From the IMG/VR virus record IMGVR_UViG_3300031183_000001: a stretch of DNA of 38,483 bases, one strand, 5' to 3'. Positions within the stretch are counted from its first letter, which is position 1, and each line of letters starts with the position of its first letter. Positions 22,807-31,387 of the stretch are shown piece after piece. This stretch comes from a virus. The position numbers and the translations under genes were made by a program. The notes beneath the pieces are model-generated. The model was not told the origin of the DNA, ran no database searches, and was given only the letters and a program-made list of their open reading frames with translations.

Positions 22807-24741
22807 TCAGTAGGCGATGACGGCATCCGGGCCGACCAGGTCGCCGACCATCGGGCACGGCGGCGGCTCACCCGGAGCCGGACCCAACAGCGGCGACGTG
22901 ACGAACTCAATCGTCCGGACGCGGCCCGGGCCGATCGTGTGTTTGATCCCGTTGATCACCTGGTAGGGCAGGTCTGCCGGGGTGCCCTCCGGCATGCCGG
23001 TGATCTCGATCAGGTCACCGACCCGTAACGACAGCAGCTCGGCCCGCTCCGTCGAGGAGCGGGACAGCATGTTGATTACGAATCCGGGCGACCGGGTACG
23101 CGGCGCCGCGTACGCCCGCAACGCCCAGCCGGCCAGGTTGCCGGCGTCCTCGGCCACATCACTGGCCAGCTCGTATCGCAGGCTGCGCACCCCGTGCCGG
23201 CGTGCCGCCGCCGGATCCACCCGACGCGCCGACCCGCCACCCGCCCGGGTGACGACTACCTCGGTCACCGGCTGATCCGGGCGCATCCGCATCGAGCCGC
23301 GCTGGATCCATCCCCACGGGATCGACATCCGCGGATTCTGGTTGTACCGGCGGCTGCGCGGCACGGCCGTGATCCGCCCGAGGCCGTCCGTGATGATCCA
23401 GTCCTGGCCGGCCTCACCGGCCGCGCGGATCGCCGCCGCCGGTGACTGGCCGGCGAGCCGTGCCGGCAGCAGCGGTGTCGCACACTCGTCCGGCATGGCG
23501 ATGTCCGCCTCGGGCACTCCCGCCCACCGGGCCAGGGTCCTGACCCGGTCCGCCACCGTCTGCCGGTGCAGGCCGTGATAGCCGGCCGCGTGCTGCGCGA
23601 GATGGTCGTCGTACGTCCATGTGGTCTCGTCGCCGACGCGTACCTGCACGTGCGCGATGGATCCGGCGTAGTACGACCCGATCTCCACCCACGGCACCGT
23701 GACCGGGGAGAGCGGGATACCGGTTCCAGCCGCCCTCAGATCATCCCCGACCCACAGGTCGAGACGTGACTGGGTCAGGTCCACCCGGATGGTGACGAGC
23801 CGCCAGGCGTCACTTTCCAGCCGCCGGCTGGCCACCACATCCCCGCCGTCCCAGGACACCCACATCGTCGACGGGTTGAGGTTGTCGGGGATGAGCACGT
23901 CGGTCAGCAACGCGACGTTCGGGATCCACAACGGCGTACCCGACGACCACACAGCTTCGACCTGCTCGACCTCAGCTTTGCGCACCCACATGGACACTGC
24001 GATGACGTGGTCGACCTCGACCTCGACCGGCAGGCGCATCTCGGCGTAGATGCTGTGCAGGCCCGGGGTGGTCTGCGATGGGATCATCGACCACGCGGGA
24101 TAGCTGGCGTCGTCCCCGGGCGGCCCGTCCACAGCCTGAGGCTTGATCAGCCGCGTCAGATCCCAATCGTCGGATCCGCCCTCGCCAGGGAACCTCTGGA
24201 TCTTGGGCTGTGCCAGCCGGCCCGTGATCAGCGACATCATCGGATGCTCGGGGTCGGACAGCGGGTAGTACTCAACCAGCCGCCCTGACCCGTTGTTGCG
24301 GATGTACTCGGCTAACGTCGACACGAATGGGGCAGCGCCGCCGTCGAGGCGGCCCATCCAGTCGACAGCAGTCACCGTCACCGGCTGGCTGGTCCGCGGA
24401 TCGACCACGCGCTGCTCCGGCATGCTCAGGATGCCGGCACCCAACGGGTAGTCGGCTCCGTCGAGGTGTTCGACCACCATGACACGCCGCCCCTGCTCCC
24501 AGCGGCCAAACAGCGGCGACGCCGCGTTGGCGGGTGTGAATCGGCCATCATGGTTGCGCAGCGCGAACTCGATCTCGGTCGGCCGTATCTCCGCCAGGTC
24601 GTCCTGGCGGCCGACCGTGACGGTCACCGCCCGACCCCCGTCCCCGTACGCGACCCGATCCGTGATCTCCACCCACTCAGGATTGTCCGGGTCGGGATCG
24701 GCCGCTAAGTCGGCCAAGACGCGAATCTCCGGATCCGCCAC
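22807..24741 (-). CDS. Minor tail protein (distal tail / baseplate-like), 644 aa
   Basis: Track ORF. GTG at 24741 with GGAGGG upstream. Lies immediately downstream of the tape measure gene. Confidence 0.85.
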   Translation of the reverse strand: MADPEIRVLADLAADPDPDNPEWVEITDRVAYGDGGRAVTVTVGRQDDLAEIRPTEIEFALRNHDGRFTPANAASPLFGRWEQGRRVMVVEHLDGADYPLGAGILSMPEQRVVDPRTSQPVTVTAVDWMGRLDGGAAPFVSTLAEYIRNNGSGRLVEYYPLSDPEHPMMSLITGRLAQPKIQRFPGEGGSDDWDLTRLIKPQAVDGPPGDDASYPAWSMIPSQTTPGLHSIYAEMRLPVEVEVDHVIAVSMWVRKAEVEQVEAVWSSGTPLWIPNVALLTDVLIPDNLNPSTMWVSWDGGDVVASRRLESDAWRLVTIRVDLTQSRLDLWVGDDLRAAGTGIPLSPVTVPWVEIGSYYAGSIAHVQVRVGDETTWTYDDHLAQHAAGYHGLHRQTVADRVRTLARWAGVPEADIAMPDECATPLLPARLAGQSPAAAIRAAGEAGQDWIITDGLGRITAVPRSRRYNQNPRMSIPWGWIQRGSMRMRPDQPVTEVVVTRAGGGSARRVDPAAARRHGVRSLRYELASDVAEDAGNLAGWALRAYAAPRTRSPGFVINMLSRSSTERAELLSLRVGDLIEITGMPEGTPADLPYQVINGIKHTIGPGRVRTIEFVTSPLLGPAPGEPPPCPMVGDLVGPDAVIAY

Positions 24742-24749
24742 ATGCCCTC

Positions 24750-26717
24750 CTACGTGGGGATCGACAGGTACTGGGCGACGGTCTGACCACGGTCGGCCGC
24801 CGCCCGAACCAGCCTGTCCTTGATGACCCGGCCGTCCTCGGTCTGGATGACCAGGCGTAGGGTCATCGCCTCAGCATGACCGCCGGCGGCGCCACCGGTG
24901 AGCGGTTGGACGGTCGCACCACGGCCGAGGTGGACCAGCTCCGGGCCGGCCTCACCGACGACAGCCAGGCCGGCGCCGATGATGTGGCCGCCTCGCGCCA
25001 GCATGGGCAGGCGGGGCGCCGAGATGGTGCGGCCGCCGACGCCGGGCACCCAGGACGGCACGGTCCACGACAACCTGCCGACCGTCGAGTTCCAGGCCCG
25101 GCTGATCGCGTTGAATCCGCTGCGGAACGGCCGGCTGATAAATTCTCCGATCCTCAGGAAGGCGTCCCTTATCTTGCCCGGCAATTCCTTGATCCAGTCC
25201 CAGGCAGACTTGGCCGCGTTCACCACGGCTTTCCAGGCGGATTTAGCTGCGCCGGAGATCGTGTCCCAATTCTTTACGATTACGGCGACGATCCATCCAA
25301 ACGGCCCGGTAATAATCGCAATCAAAAGCGGCCAATTATCCTTGATCCACGCCCATACAGATTTGATCGCACCCCAGATTAATTCCCAAGCGCCCTTCCA
25401 GAAATTGCGGAAACCCTCGAATTTCAGCCACAAACCAACGATGATGGCGATCAGGCCGATGATTGCGATAACGATCAGACCGATCGGGTTCAACATCATC
25501 ACGATGTTCAGGGCGGTTTGCAGGGCAATCCACACCTTGTAGACGCCGAGGATGACGCCGATGATCACGGCGAGGGCGCCCAGGCCGGTGATGATCGGAC
25601 CGATGACGCCCGAGTGCTTGTCGAGCCAGCCCACGACCTTCTCGATGGTCGGCAGCGCCTCGCCGAGCTTCTCCACCAGCGCCTGCTGGGCCTTGCGCTT
25701 GAACGCCTCCAGCCGCTGCGAGGCGGACTGCTCCAGCTGCTCGCCCATGCGAGCGGCAGCCCCGCCAACCTCGCCGAGAGACTGCGCGGCAGTGCCCAGA
25801 TCCAGGCCCATCAACGCGCCCTGGAGGTCCTCGGCCTTCGTACCGAACAGCGCGACGGCCGCCGCCTCGCGCTCGGTGGGGTCCTTCATCGCCTGGAGCC
25901 GCTCCAAGACCATGCCCAAGGCGTCCCGGGCCGCCGGGCCGCCCTCCGCGAAGATCGCGGTCATCTTCTCCGCGTTCAGGCCGATCGCCCTGAAGCCCTC
26001 GGCGCTGGTCTCGGACCCGTCGGCGGCCCGGATCGCGAACTCCTTCAGCGCATCGGCGACAACGTCCAAGTCGCGCGCGCCGGCCTGCAAACCCTGATTC
26101 ATCAGGCCCATCGCCTCCGCACCGCTCAAGCCGAGCTTCCGGAACTGCGTTGAGTATTCCGAGAAGGAGTCCAACAGGTCTCCGGCCTGGTCGCCGGACA
26201 CCTGAAAACCCCTGGTCAGCAGGTCGAAGGCTTCTTCAGCAGACGCCGCCAGCCCGGTCCGCACCATCTGCCCGGCCGCCCGTGCGGCCTGGGTCACGTC
26301 CAGGTCGAACGTGGAGGCCAGAGCCTGCGCCTTGACGGTCAGATCTTCAATCACGGCCGCGTCGGCGTTCTTCGGCAGCAGGCCAGCCTGCATGACCGAG
26401 CGGGCGGCGAGCATCGCGTCAGCCGCGGATTCGCCGAAGCCGCGGCCGTACACGCGGCCTGCCACCTCGCCGAGCTGCTGGGCGAGGACCGGGTCGCCGA
26501 CCTGCGCGGCCAGCCTCGCCCGTGCCCCCTCCAGCTCCAGGCCGCTAACCAGGCCAGCGCCGATGCCGGCCGCGAGCGCGGCACCGACGACGGGCCCGTA
26601 CTGGCGGGCGCGCTGGCCGGCGGCCTCCAGCTTGGTGCGGGCGGCCCTCAGTGCTCGGTCCAGGGCGGTGTCGTCGGCCTTGAGGTAGGCCACGAGTTCA
26701 CCGAGCTTCAACGCCAC
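24750..26717 (-). CDS. Tail tape measure protein, 655 aa
   Basis: GTG at 26717 with GAGGGGGGG upstream. Long helical Ala/Leu/Gly-rich protein with a hydrophobic core and a Trp-rich repeat region. Position follows the tail assembly chaperone genes G/GT. Confidence 0.9.
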   Translation of the reverse strand: MALKLGELVAYLKADDTALDRALRAARTKLEAAGQRARQYGPVVGAALAAGIGAGLVSGLELEGARARLAAQVGDPVLAQQLGEVAGRVYGRGFGESAADAMLAARSVMQAGLLPKNADAAVIEDLTVKAQALASTFDLDVTQAARAAGQMVRTGLAASAEEAFDLLTRGFQVSGDQAGDLLDSFSEYSTQFRKLGLSGAEAMGLMNQGLQAGARDLDVVADALKEFAIRAADGSETSAEGFRAIGLNAEKMTAIFAEGGPAARDALGMVLERLQAMKDPTEREAAAVALFGTKAEDLQGALMGLDLGTAAQSLGEVGGAAARMGEQLEQSASQRLEAFKRKAQQALVEKLGEALPTIEKVVGWLDKHSGVIGPIITGLGALAVIIGVILGVYKVWIALQTALNIVMMLNPIGLIVIAIIGLIAIIVGLWLKFEGFRNFWKGAWELIWGAIKSVWAWIKDNWPLLIAIITGPFGWIVAVIVKNWDTISGAAKSAWKAVVNAAKSAWDWIKELPGKIRDAFLRIGEFISRPFRSGFNAISRAWNSTVGRLSWTVPSWVPGVGGRTISAPRLPMLARGGHIIGAGLAVVGEAGPELVHLGRGATVQPLTGGAAGGHAEAMTLRLVIQTEDGRVIKDRLVRAAADRGQTVAQYLSIPT

Positions 26718-26804
26718 GAGGCACCCCCCCTCGCTGTCGGATATCAGACCGCCGCTATGAGTGATCACCGATACCGTGCATCGGATGTCCTGAAGGAGGC
26801 ACGA

Positions 26805-27215
26805 GTGAGAGCACGGCATGTAGCGGTAGCAGCAGCGGCAGTGATCGCGCTGACCGGCTGCGGGAGCAGCAGCGAGGACAAGCCGGCCGAGCCGGCGGCC
26901 CAGACGTCCGGCGCTCAGCAGGTCGTGGACGCCATCGCCGAGAAGTGGCCGCTGCCGAACCCGCGCGACACCACCAGCGGCTGCAAGGCGAAGGAGGGTG
27001 ACACGGGAAAGGGCTGCGAGTCCCGGATCACGACCGATGCTGTCACCGTAATCGAGTACGCCGACGACGCGACCGCAGCGGCAGCCGCGAAGACTCTGGC
27101 CAAGGTCGGTGACGCCCGCCAGGCTGGCCGGTACGTCCTGATGTGGACCGACGACCAGGACCTGACCAGCGAAGACGCCCGCACCGACATGGTGCGGATC
27201 GCCAAGAGCCTCTAG
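26805..27215 (+). CDS. Secreted lipoprotein, 136 aa (moron; candidate superinfection-exclusion factor)
   Basis: GTG at 26805 with GAAGGAGG 5 nt upstream. Signal peptide plus lipobox VRARHVAVAAAAVIALTG-C. Opposite strand to all flanking structural genes. Confidence 0.8.
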   Translation: MRARHVAVAAAAVIALTGCGSSSEDKPAEPAAQTSGAQQVVDAIAEKWPLPNPRDTTSGCKAKEGDTGKGCESRITTDAVTVIEYADDATAAAAAKTLAKVGDARQAGRYVLMWTDDQDLTSEDARTDMVRIAKSL

Positions 27216-27577
27216 CGCAGGCCCGGAATCCGGGGCGGGACGTCCGGCAGCTCCGGCTCGGGCGCGAGCGCCCGATACAGCCGGGTGTCAGCTGCCAGCA
27301 GGCCCGCTATCCGCACCTCCAGCCACCGCCAGGACCGGGAGCGCATCAGCTCCCGGTCCTCCACGTCGATGCCGTACTCGCTGTGCAGGTCGGCCTCGAC
27401 CAGTGCCCAGTGCGTCAGGATCTCTGTCCACGAGACGCCCGCCGTCCGCTCTTCCGGGAGCTCGTACCATTCCCAGAGCCCGGTGACGGGGTCGTACTCG
27501 CCGCGGCCGTACTCGTGGTCGTCGAGGATCCGCCCTGCCGGTGTGCTGCCCGGCGCTCCCGTCGGTTCGCCGGGCCC
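27212..27577 (-). CDS. T-frame extension of the tail assembly chaperone, giving the G-T fusion by -1 frameshift
   Basis: The -1 frame is open from the slippery site to the TAG at 27214-27212. It encodes protein-like sequence (ILDDHEYGRGEYDPVTGLWEWYELPEERTAGVSWTEILTHWALVEADLHSEYGIDVEDRELMRSRSWRWLEVRIAGLL...). Candidate heptamer G_GGC_CCG is the complement of 27571-27577. Confidence 0.65.
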   Translation of the reverse strand, partial: GPGEPTGAPGSTPAGRILDDHEYGRGEYDPVTGLWEWYELPEERTAGVSWTEILTHWALVEADLHSEYGIDVEDRELMRSRSWRWLEVRIAGLLAADTRLYRALAPEPELPDVPPRIPGLR

Positions 27578-27969
27578 CAGCCTTCCGGGCGGCCGCCAGA
27601 CGTCCAGAACCGTTCGGCGGCCTCCTCACCGCCGATGATCCAGATGTACGCGGTCTGGGCGCAGAACTGGATGTACGGATCCGGCACCTGGTCGTTGACC
27701 ATACGCTCGTAGGCGTCGCCGAGGACCCGCTCCGGCAGGGACAGATCGTCACCGCCGGGCAGCTGCGGCAGCGCCTCGATCCGGTCGACGACGGCCTGCA
27801 TCTCCGCCTCCGTAGAGGCGGCATGCAGCTCCCCGGTGATCTGCGCCAGCCGCCGGCACCACAGGCCCAGCTCGGCGGAGGCGAGCGGGACGGTGTACTC
27901 CCGGCCCAGCACGGTCAGGGTCAAGCCGGGTGAAAAGTACCTGTCGAGGTCAGTGAGCGTCGTAGCCAT
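27415..27969 (-). CDS. Tail assembly chaperone (gpG-like), 184 aa
   Basis: Track ORF located between the major tail protein and tape measure genes. ATG at 27969 overlaps the major tail protein stop. Confidence 0.8.
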   Translation of the reverse strand: MATTLTDLDRYFSPGLTLTVLGREYTVPLASAELGLWCRRLAQITGELHAASTEAEMQAVVDRIEALPQLPGGDDLSLPERVLGDAYERMVNDQVPDPYIQFCAQTAYIWIIGGEEAAERFWTSGGRPEGWGPANRRERRAAHRQGGSSTTTSTAAASTTPSPGSGNGTSSRKSGRRASRGQRS

Positions 27970-28724
27970 CAGACGTAGGTGTAGTCGTCGGCGGCCGTGT
28001 CAGCGGACTGCCCGGCCGCGGTGGTCACCCGCACGCTCACGACGCCGGACCCGGGCGGCGCGGCCGCCACGATGTGGCTGTCACTGACCACCGTGAAGTC
28101 CCCGGCTGGGTCGGAGCCGAAGTTGACAGCCGACGCGCCCATGAAGTGCCTGCCGTAGATGTTGACCAGGTCGCCGCCACTCTCGGCGCCCGTGGACGGG
28201 CTGAGCCCGGTCACCACCGGGGTCAGGTCGGCCAGCGGGTTGGTGATCTGCTGGAGCGGGCCCTGTCCCTGAAGGGTGATGCTGATGCCCTCGGTGTCGC
28301 CGACCGCGTTGTTGTCCCTGGCCCAGGATTTGACGTAGGCGCGGCCCTCCCACTCGTAGCCGGTGGCCCGCCCCTCCCGGTCGTAGAGCATCACGCCGAT
28401 CTCGCCGGAGCGCACGTCGGTCGCAACGGCGGCGAGGAACTTCTCCCGGAGGAACGCTTGCACCGGATCGAGGGTTTCCCCGTCGCTGCCCGTCGAGTGC
28501 TTGAACTTGAGTTCGATCCGCCACTGGCCGCCGGTGGTGGCCTCCCGCAGCCATCCTTCGTCGTCGTACGTCTCGTCGTCTTGGACACGCGGCTCGATGA
28601 TCGGGTTCAGCTCGTAGATGCCCCTGAGCTGCTGGTACTGGCTGGCCGGGTAGGTGGCGGTGTCGATGTCGACCCGTAGCCGGCGGGCGAGCATCGTCAC
28701 ACGGTCGGTCGGCGTGGTAGCCAC
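27969..28724 (-). CDS. Major tail protein with C-terminal Ig-like (IPT/TIG-type) domain, 251 aa
   Basis: GTG at 28724 with AGGAGG upstream. C-terminus PVVTGLSPSTGAESGGDLVNIYGRHFMGASAVNFG...VSVRVTTAAG resembles an Ig-like fold. Confidence 0.8.
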   Translation of the reverse strand: MATTPTDRVTMLARRLRVDIDTATYPASQYQQLRGIYELNPIIEPRVQDDETYDDEGWLREATTGGQWRIELKFKHSTGSDGETLDPVQAFLREKFLAAVATDVRSGEIGVMLYDREGRATGYEWEGRAYVKSWARDNNAVGDTEGISITLQGQGPLQQITNPLADLTPVVTGLSPSTGAESGGDLVNIYGRHFMGASAVNFGSDPAGDFTVVSDSHIVAAAPPGSGVVSVRVTTAAGQSADTAADDYTYV

Positions 28725-28732
28725 GGGTCCTC

Positions 28733-29179
28733 CTAGTCGGTGTTGTGCGCCGTCGGGCGCATGGTGTCGATGTAGTAGTTCTCCGACCGCTCCCATCGGC
28801 CGTTGCTGTCTTGGCCGAGGCTCGTGTAGGACTGCCGCCACACCTGCACCACGGCGATCCCGCCCCACGTCAGCCCGTGCGCGCCGTCGAGCGCATCGCA
28901 GATCGCGTCGGCCAGGTCGTCGGCCTCGCGGGGATCGGTGCCGGCGCGGATCCGGATCTGCACCGCGGTCTGGTGGTCGGCCAGCCCTGGCAGGGTGGTG
29001 CCGACCGGGTAGGCGGCGAGCGTGATGATCCGGTCCGGGGACTGCGGCACGGCCCGGATCACGATGCCGGTCTCGGTCGCCGCGTAGGCCCCGGACGGTC
29101 TCCACGCGCCGATGTCGGCCGCGGCGAGGTGCTCGGCGAGGCCGGTCAGGAGCCGGGAGGTCCAGCCGTCACCGGCCAT
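28733..29179 (-). CDS. Tail terminator / tail completion protein, 148 aa
   Basis: Track ORF; assignment from its position upstream of the major tail protein gene. Confidence 0.7.
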   Translation of the reverse strand: MAGDGWTSRLLTGLAEHLAAADIGAWRPSGAYAATETGIVIRAVPQSPDRIITLAAYPVGTTLPGLADHQTAVQIRIRAGTDPREADDLADAICDALDGAHGLTWGGIAVVQVWRQSYTSLGQDSNGRWERSENYYIDTMRPTAHNTD

Positions 29180-29180
29180 C

Positions 29181-29537
29181 TCAGCCTCCCAGGCGCTTGC
29201 GAGCGGCCGTGGCGACCAGGGCGAGCATGGTGTCCTTCTCGGTGCTCATGGGCTTCTCCAGGAACTTCGCCTGCCGTCCTTCGTCGTGCCGGAGCGTCAT
29301 GTCCTCGTGCTGTTTGACCGCGTAGGGTCGGTCATAGGAGACAGCCACCACGCCAGTGGTGCGGTCGACGGTGACCTCACCGGATCGCTCCAGGTCACCC
29401 TCCTCATGCGGCACCAGGGCGCTAGACGCCTGGAGCAGGTGCTCGGCGGCCAGCTCCAGGCCCTCCATGGACGCACGCCTGAACGCGGCGCGGACGTCGT
29501 CCCCGTCCCAGTGCAGCTCGAAGGCGTCATCGGCCAC
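29181..29537 (-). CDS. HK97 gp10-like head-tail joining protein, 118 aa
   Basis: Track ORF. GTG at 29537. Assignment from position and size. Confidence 0.7.
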   Translation of the reverse strand: MADDAFELHWDGDDVRAAFRRASMEGLELAAEHLLQASSALVPHEEGDLERSGEVTVDRTTGVVAVSYDRPYAVKQHEDMTLRHDEGRQAKFLEKPMSTEKDTMLALVATAARKRLGG

Positions 29538-29542
29538 GGCTA

Positions 29543-29884
29543 CTACTCCAGGGAGATCTCCAGGTGGCTTGGCAGGCCGATGCCGTGGTCGTCCAGTACA
29601 GCTACCGCCAGGACGCGGGCCACGCGCCCGGACGGCAGGGTGACCAGGGACCCGGGCGGCGCGACCGTGTCCGGCGGCGCGTACACGGTGGTGGAGGAGA
29701 CCGCCTCAGCGCCGGCGGCGTCCTGGGTCTGGACCCGGACCAGGCGGCGGGTTGCCTCGACGACGCACGGGGTGACGGTGGCCGGAGCAGCGTAGACGTC
29801 CCCGTACGCTCCGCTGCCCTGGTAGGCCTCGACGGTGACGGTGGCCGGCGAGGGAATGTGCGCGCAGAACTCAGACCAGTCCAT
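29543..29884 (-). CDS. Head closure / head-tail adaptor protein, 113 aa
   Basis: ATG at 29884 overlaps the upstream stop. C-terminal part of track ORF 29543..30109. Confidence 0.7.
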   Translation of the reverse strand: MDWSEFCAHIPSPATVTVEAYQGSGAYGDVYAAPATVTPCVVEATRRLVRVQTQDAAGAEAVSSTTVYAPPDTVAPPGSLVTLPSGRVARVLAVAVLDDHGIGLPSHLEISLE

Positions 29885-30309
29885 CACCAGCTCCAGATGC
29901 CGCGCCAAGACAGCACGGTCGGGGATACCGCCTGAAGGATGGCCCACGCCTGGGGCGACCAGTGCGCCGGTAGACCGGTCGAGCCTTGGCTGCCAGCCGC
30001 GGCACCGCCTCGCTGCACCGACAGCCGCCCGATGCTGAAGCCGGTGACCGAGCCGGCCCCGATGCCCTGCGCATCCCCCAGCGACCGGGTGTACTGGGCC
30101 TGAGCGCACACCGCATCCCGCAGCGCGTCGGTCACCTCCTCCTCGGTCGGTAGTCCGTCGTCGTCGACGTCGTAGACCGCGGTCCGGAGCATCTCCGTCT
30201 CGACCAGCAGTGATGCGGCCCGGAGCGCCGAGCCGATGTCAGACGGCGCCGGCGTGACCCCGGTCCAGGTCTCGTAGTCGCTACTGGTGGCGTACACCCG
30301 GATCGCCAT
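29884..30309 (-). CDS. gp6-like head-tail connector protein, 141 aa
   Basis: ATG at 30309 with GGAGGAGGGG upstream. Assignment from position. Confidence 0.7.
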   Translation of the reverse strand: MAIRVYATSSDYETWTGVTPAPSDIGSALRAASLLVETEMLRTAVYDVDDDGLPTEEEVTDALRDAVCAQAQYTRSLGDAQGIGAGSVTGFSIGRLSVQRGGAAAGSQGSTGLPAHWSPQAWAILQAVSPTVLSWRGIWSW

Positions 30310-30402
30310 GGGCAACCCCTCCTCCGGTTCCTCCGCTTCCCCCACGCAGCGCGGTCACGGCGCCGGCCCACTGTGCGGTGATGGCCCTCATCGCAGCCCC
30401 TC

Positions 30403-30669
30403 CTAGGTGATGAGGACGTGGACGGTGGCGCTGCCGGACGAGCCGCAGATCCCGTAGAGCGCGTCACTCTCGTGGATCTCGAACGGCGTCCACTGGTCGG
30501 TGTCGAGGAGAGCGGCGCCGGTGGCGTCGGTGACGCCGGCCGGGCCGAGGTACACCGGGTCATCGCCGGACGTGGAGCGCAGGTAGACGCGGCGGCCTCG
30601 GGCGGTGGAGGCCGGGACCAGGACGACGGCGGCCTGGTCGTCGACCTCCACCTGATCGCTGATGATCAT
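30403..30669 (-). CDS. Hypothetical protein, 88 aa
   Basis: Track ORF. ATGA overlap with the upstream gene. Confidence 0.7.
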   Translation of the reverse strand: MIISDQVEVDDQAAVVLVPASTARGRRVYLRSTSGDDPVYLGPAGVTDATGAALLDTDQWTPFEIHESDALYGICGSSGSATVHVLIT

Positions 30670-30989
30670 GACGGCGGCTCCTTAGCCTTGGCCGTCTTGG
30701 TGGCCTTGGCCGGAGCCGCCTCGGCGAGCTTGGCGCGAAGCTCGTCGCGCTCGGCGGTCAGGGCTTCGACCTGCGCCTTCGCCTCGGCCAGCTCAGCGCG
30801 CAGCACGGCCACCGGGTCCGGCGGCGGCGGAGGCTCATCCGGCGCCACATAGGGGGCACCGTCCGGGCCAGCCACACGCACGATGTCGCCGCGGGCCACC
30901 CGCTGCGCGATCGGCTCGGGCAGCGGGTGGTCCATCTGGATGATCATCCCGCCCTCGGTGCGGTACCAGCCGGTCTCGACCATGGTCAC
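30666..30989 (-). CDS. Hypothetical protein, 107 aa, with Pro-rich linker and coiled-coil tail
   Basis: Track ORF. Start is GTG at 30989 or ATG at 30983. Confidence 0.7.
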   Translation of the reverse strand: MTMVETGWYRTEGGMIIQMDHPLPEPIAQRVARGDIVRVAGPDGAPYVAPDEPPPPPDPVAVLRAELAEAKAQVEALTAERDELRAKLAEAAPAKATKTAKAKEPPS

Positions 30990-30992
30990 GCC

Positions 30993-31370
30993 TCACGCCC
31001 TCGGGATGAAGATCGCGTCGATGGTGCCGGCGAAGCCGCTCTCGTAGTCGATGTGGATCGACCCGTCCGACTGAAGGAACCGGCCGGACTCCAGCGGCCC
31101 GATGTAGACGACGCCGCTGGTGGCGGCGACCTCCACGACCAGGTCCCCCTGCCCAGCCGCGACCGCCGGCGGGTTGACCCCCTTCCTGATCATGATGTCG
31201 TGCGGGGTGCCGTCGGTGTGAGTGACCCGCAGGATGATCTGCTCCGGGATCGCGTTGTTGATGATCGACCCGTTGCTGACGAGCGTCGCATCGATCGTGG
31301 TCGCTCCCGTCGCCCCGTTGGACGAGCCGTTGACGGTCAGCGCCCGGGGAACCAGCGGTGTACGAGCCAT
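30993..31370 (-). CDS. Hypothetical head-associated protein, 125 aa (possible decoration protein)
   Basis: Track ORF immediately downstream of the major capsid gene. Confidence 0.7.
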   Translation of the reverse strand: MARTPLVPRALTVNGSSNGATGATTIDATLVSNGSIINNAIPEQIILRVTHTDGTPHDIMIRKGVNPPAVAAGQGDLVVEVAATSGVVYIGPLESGRFLQSDGSIHIDYESGFAGTIDAIFIPRA

Positions 31371-31387
31371 CTTGTCCTCCTTCCTGA

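Noticed and set aside
27288-27824. The 178-aa minus-strand ORF as the T part of the tail chaperone.
   Set aside because: It is the +1 frame relative to gpG and its translation is Arg/Pro/Gly-rich shadow sequence. The -1 frame, ending at 27212, carries the protein-like sequence.
30283-30391. A 36-aa minus-strand ORF (MRAITAQWAGAVTALRGGSGGTGGGVAHGDPGVRHQ) with a strong AGGAGGGG RBS between the 88-aa gene and the connector gene.
   Set aside because: It is very short and Gly-rich, and it overlaps the RBS and start of the connector gene out of frame. It could be real, but the sequence alone does not support it.
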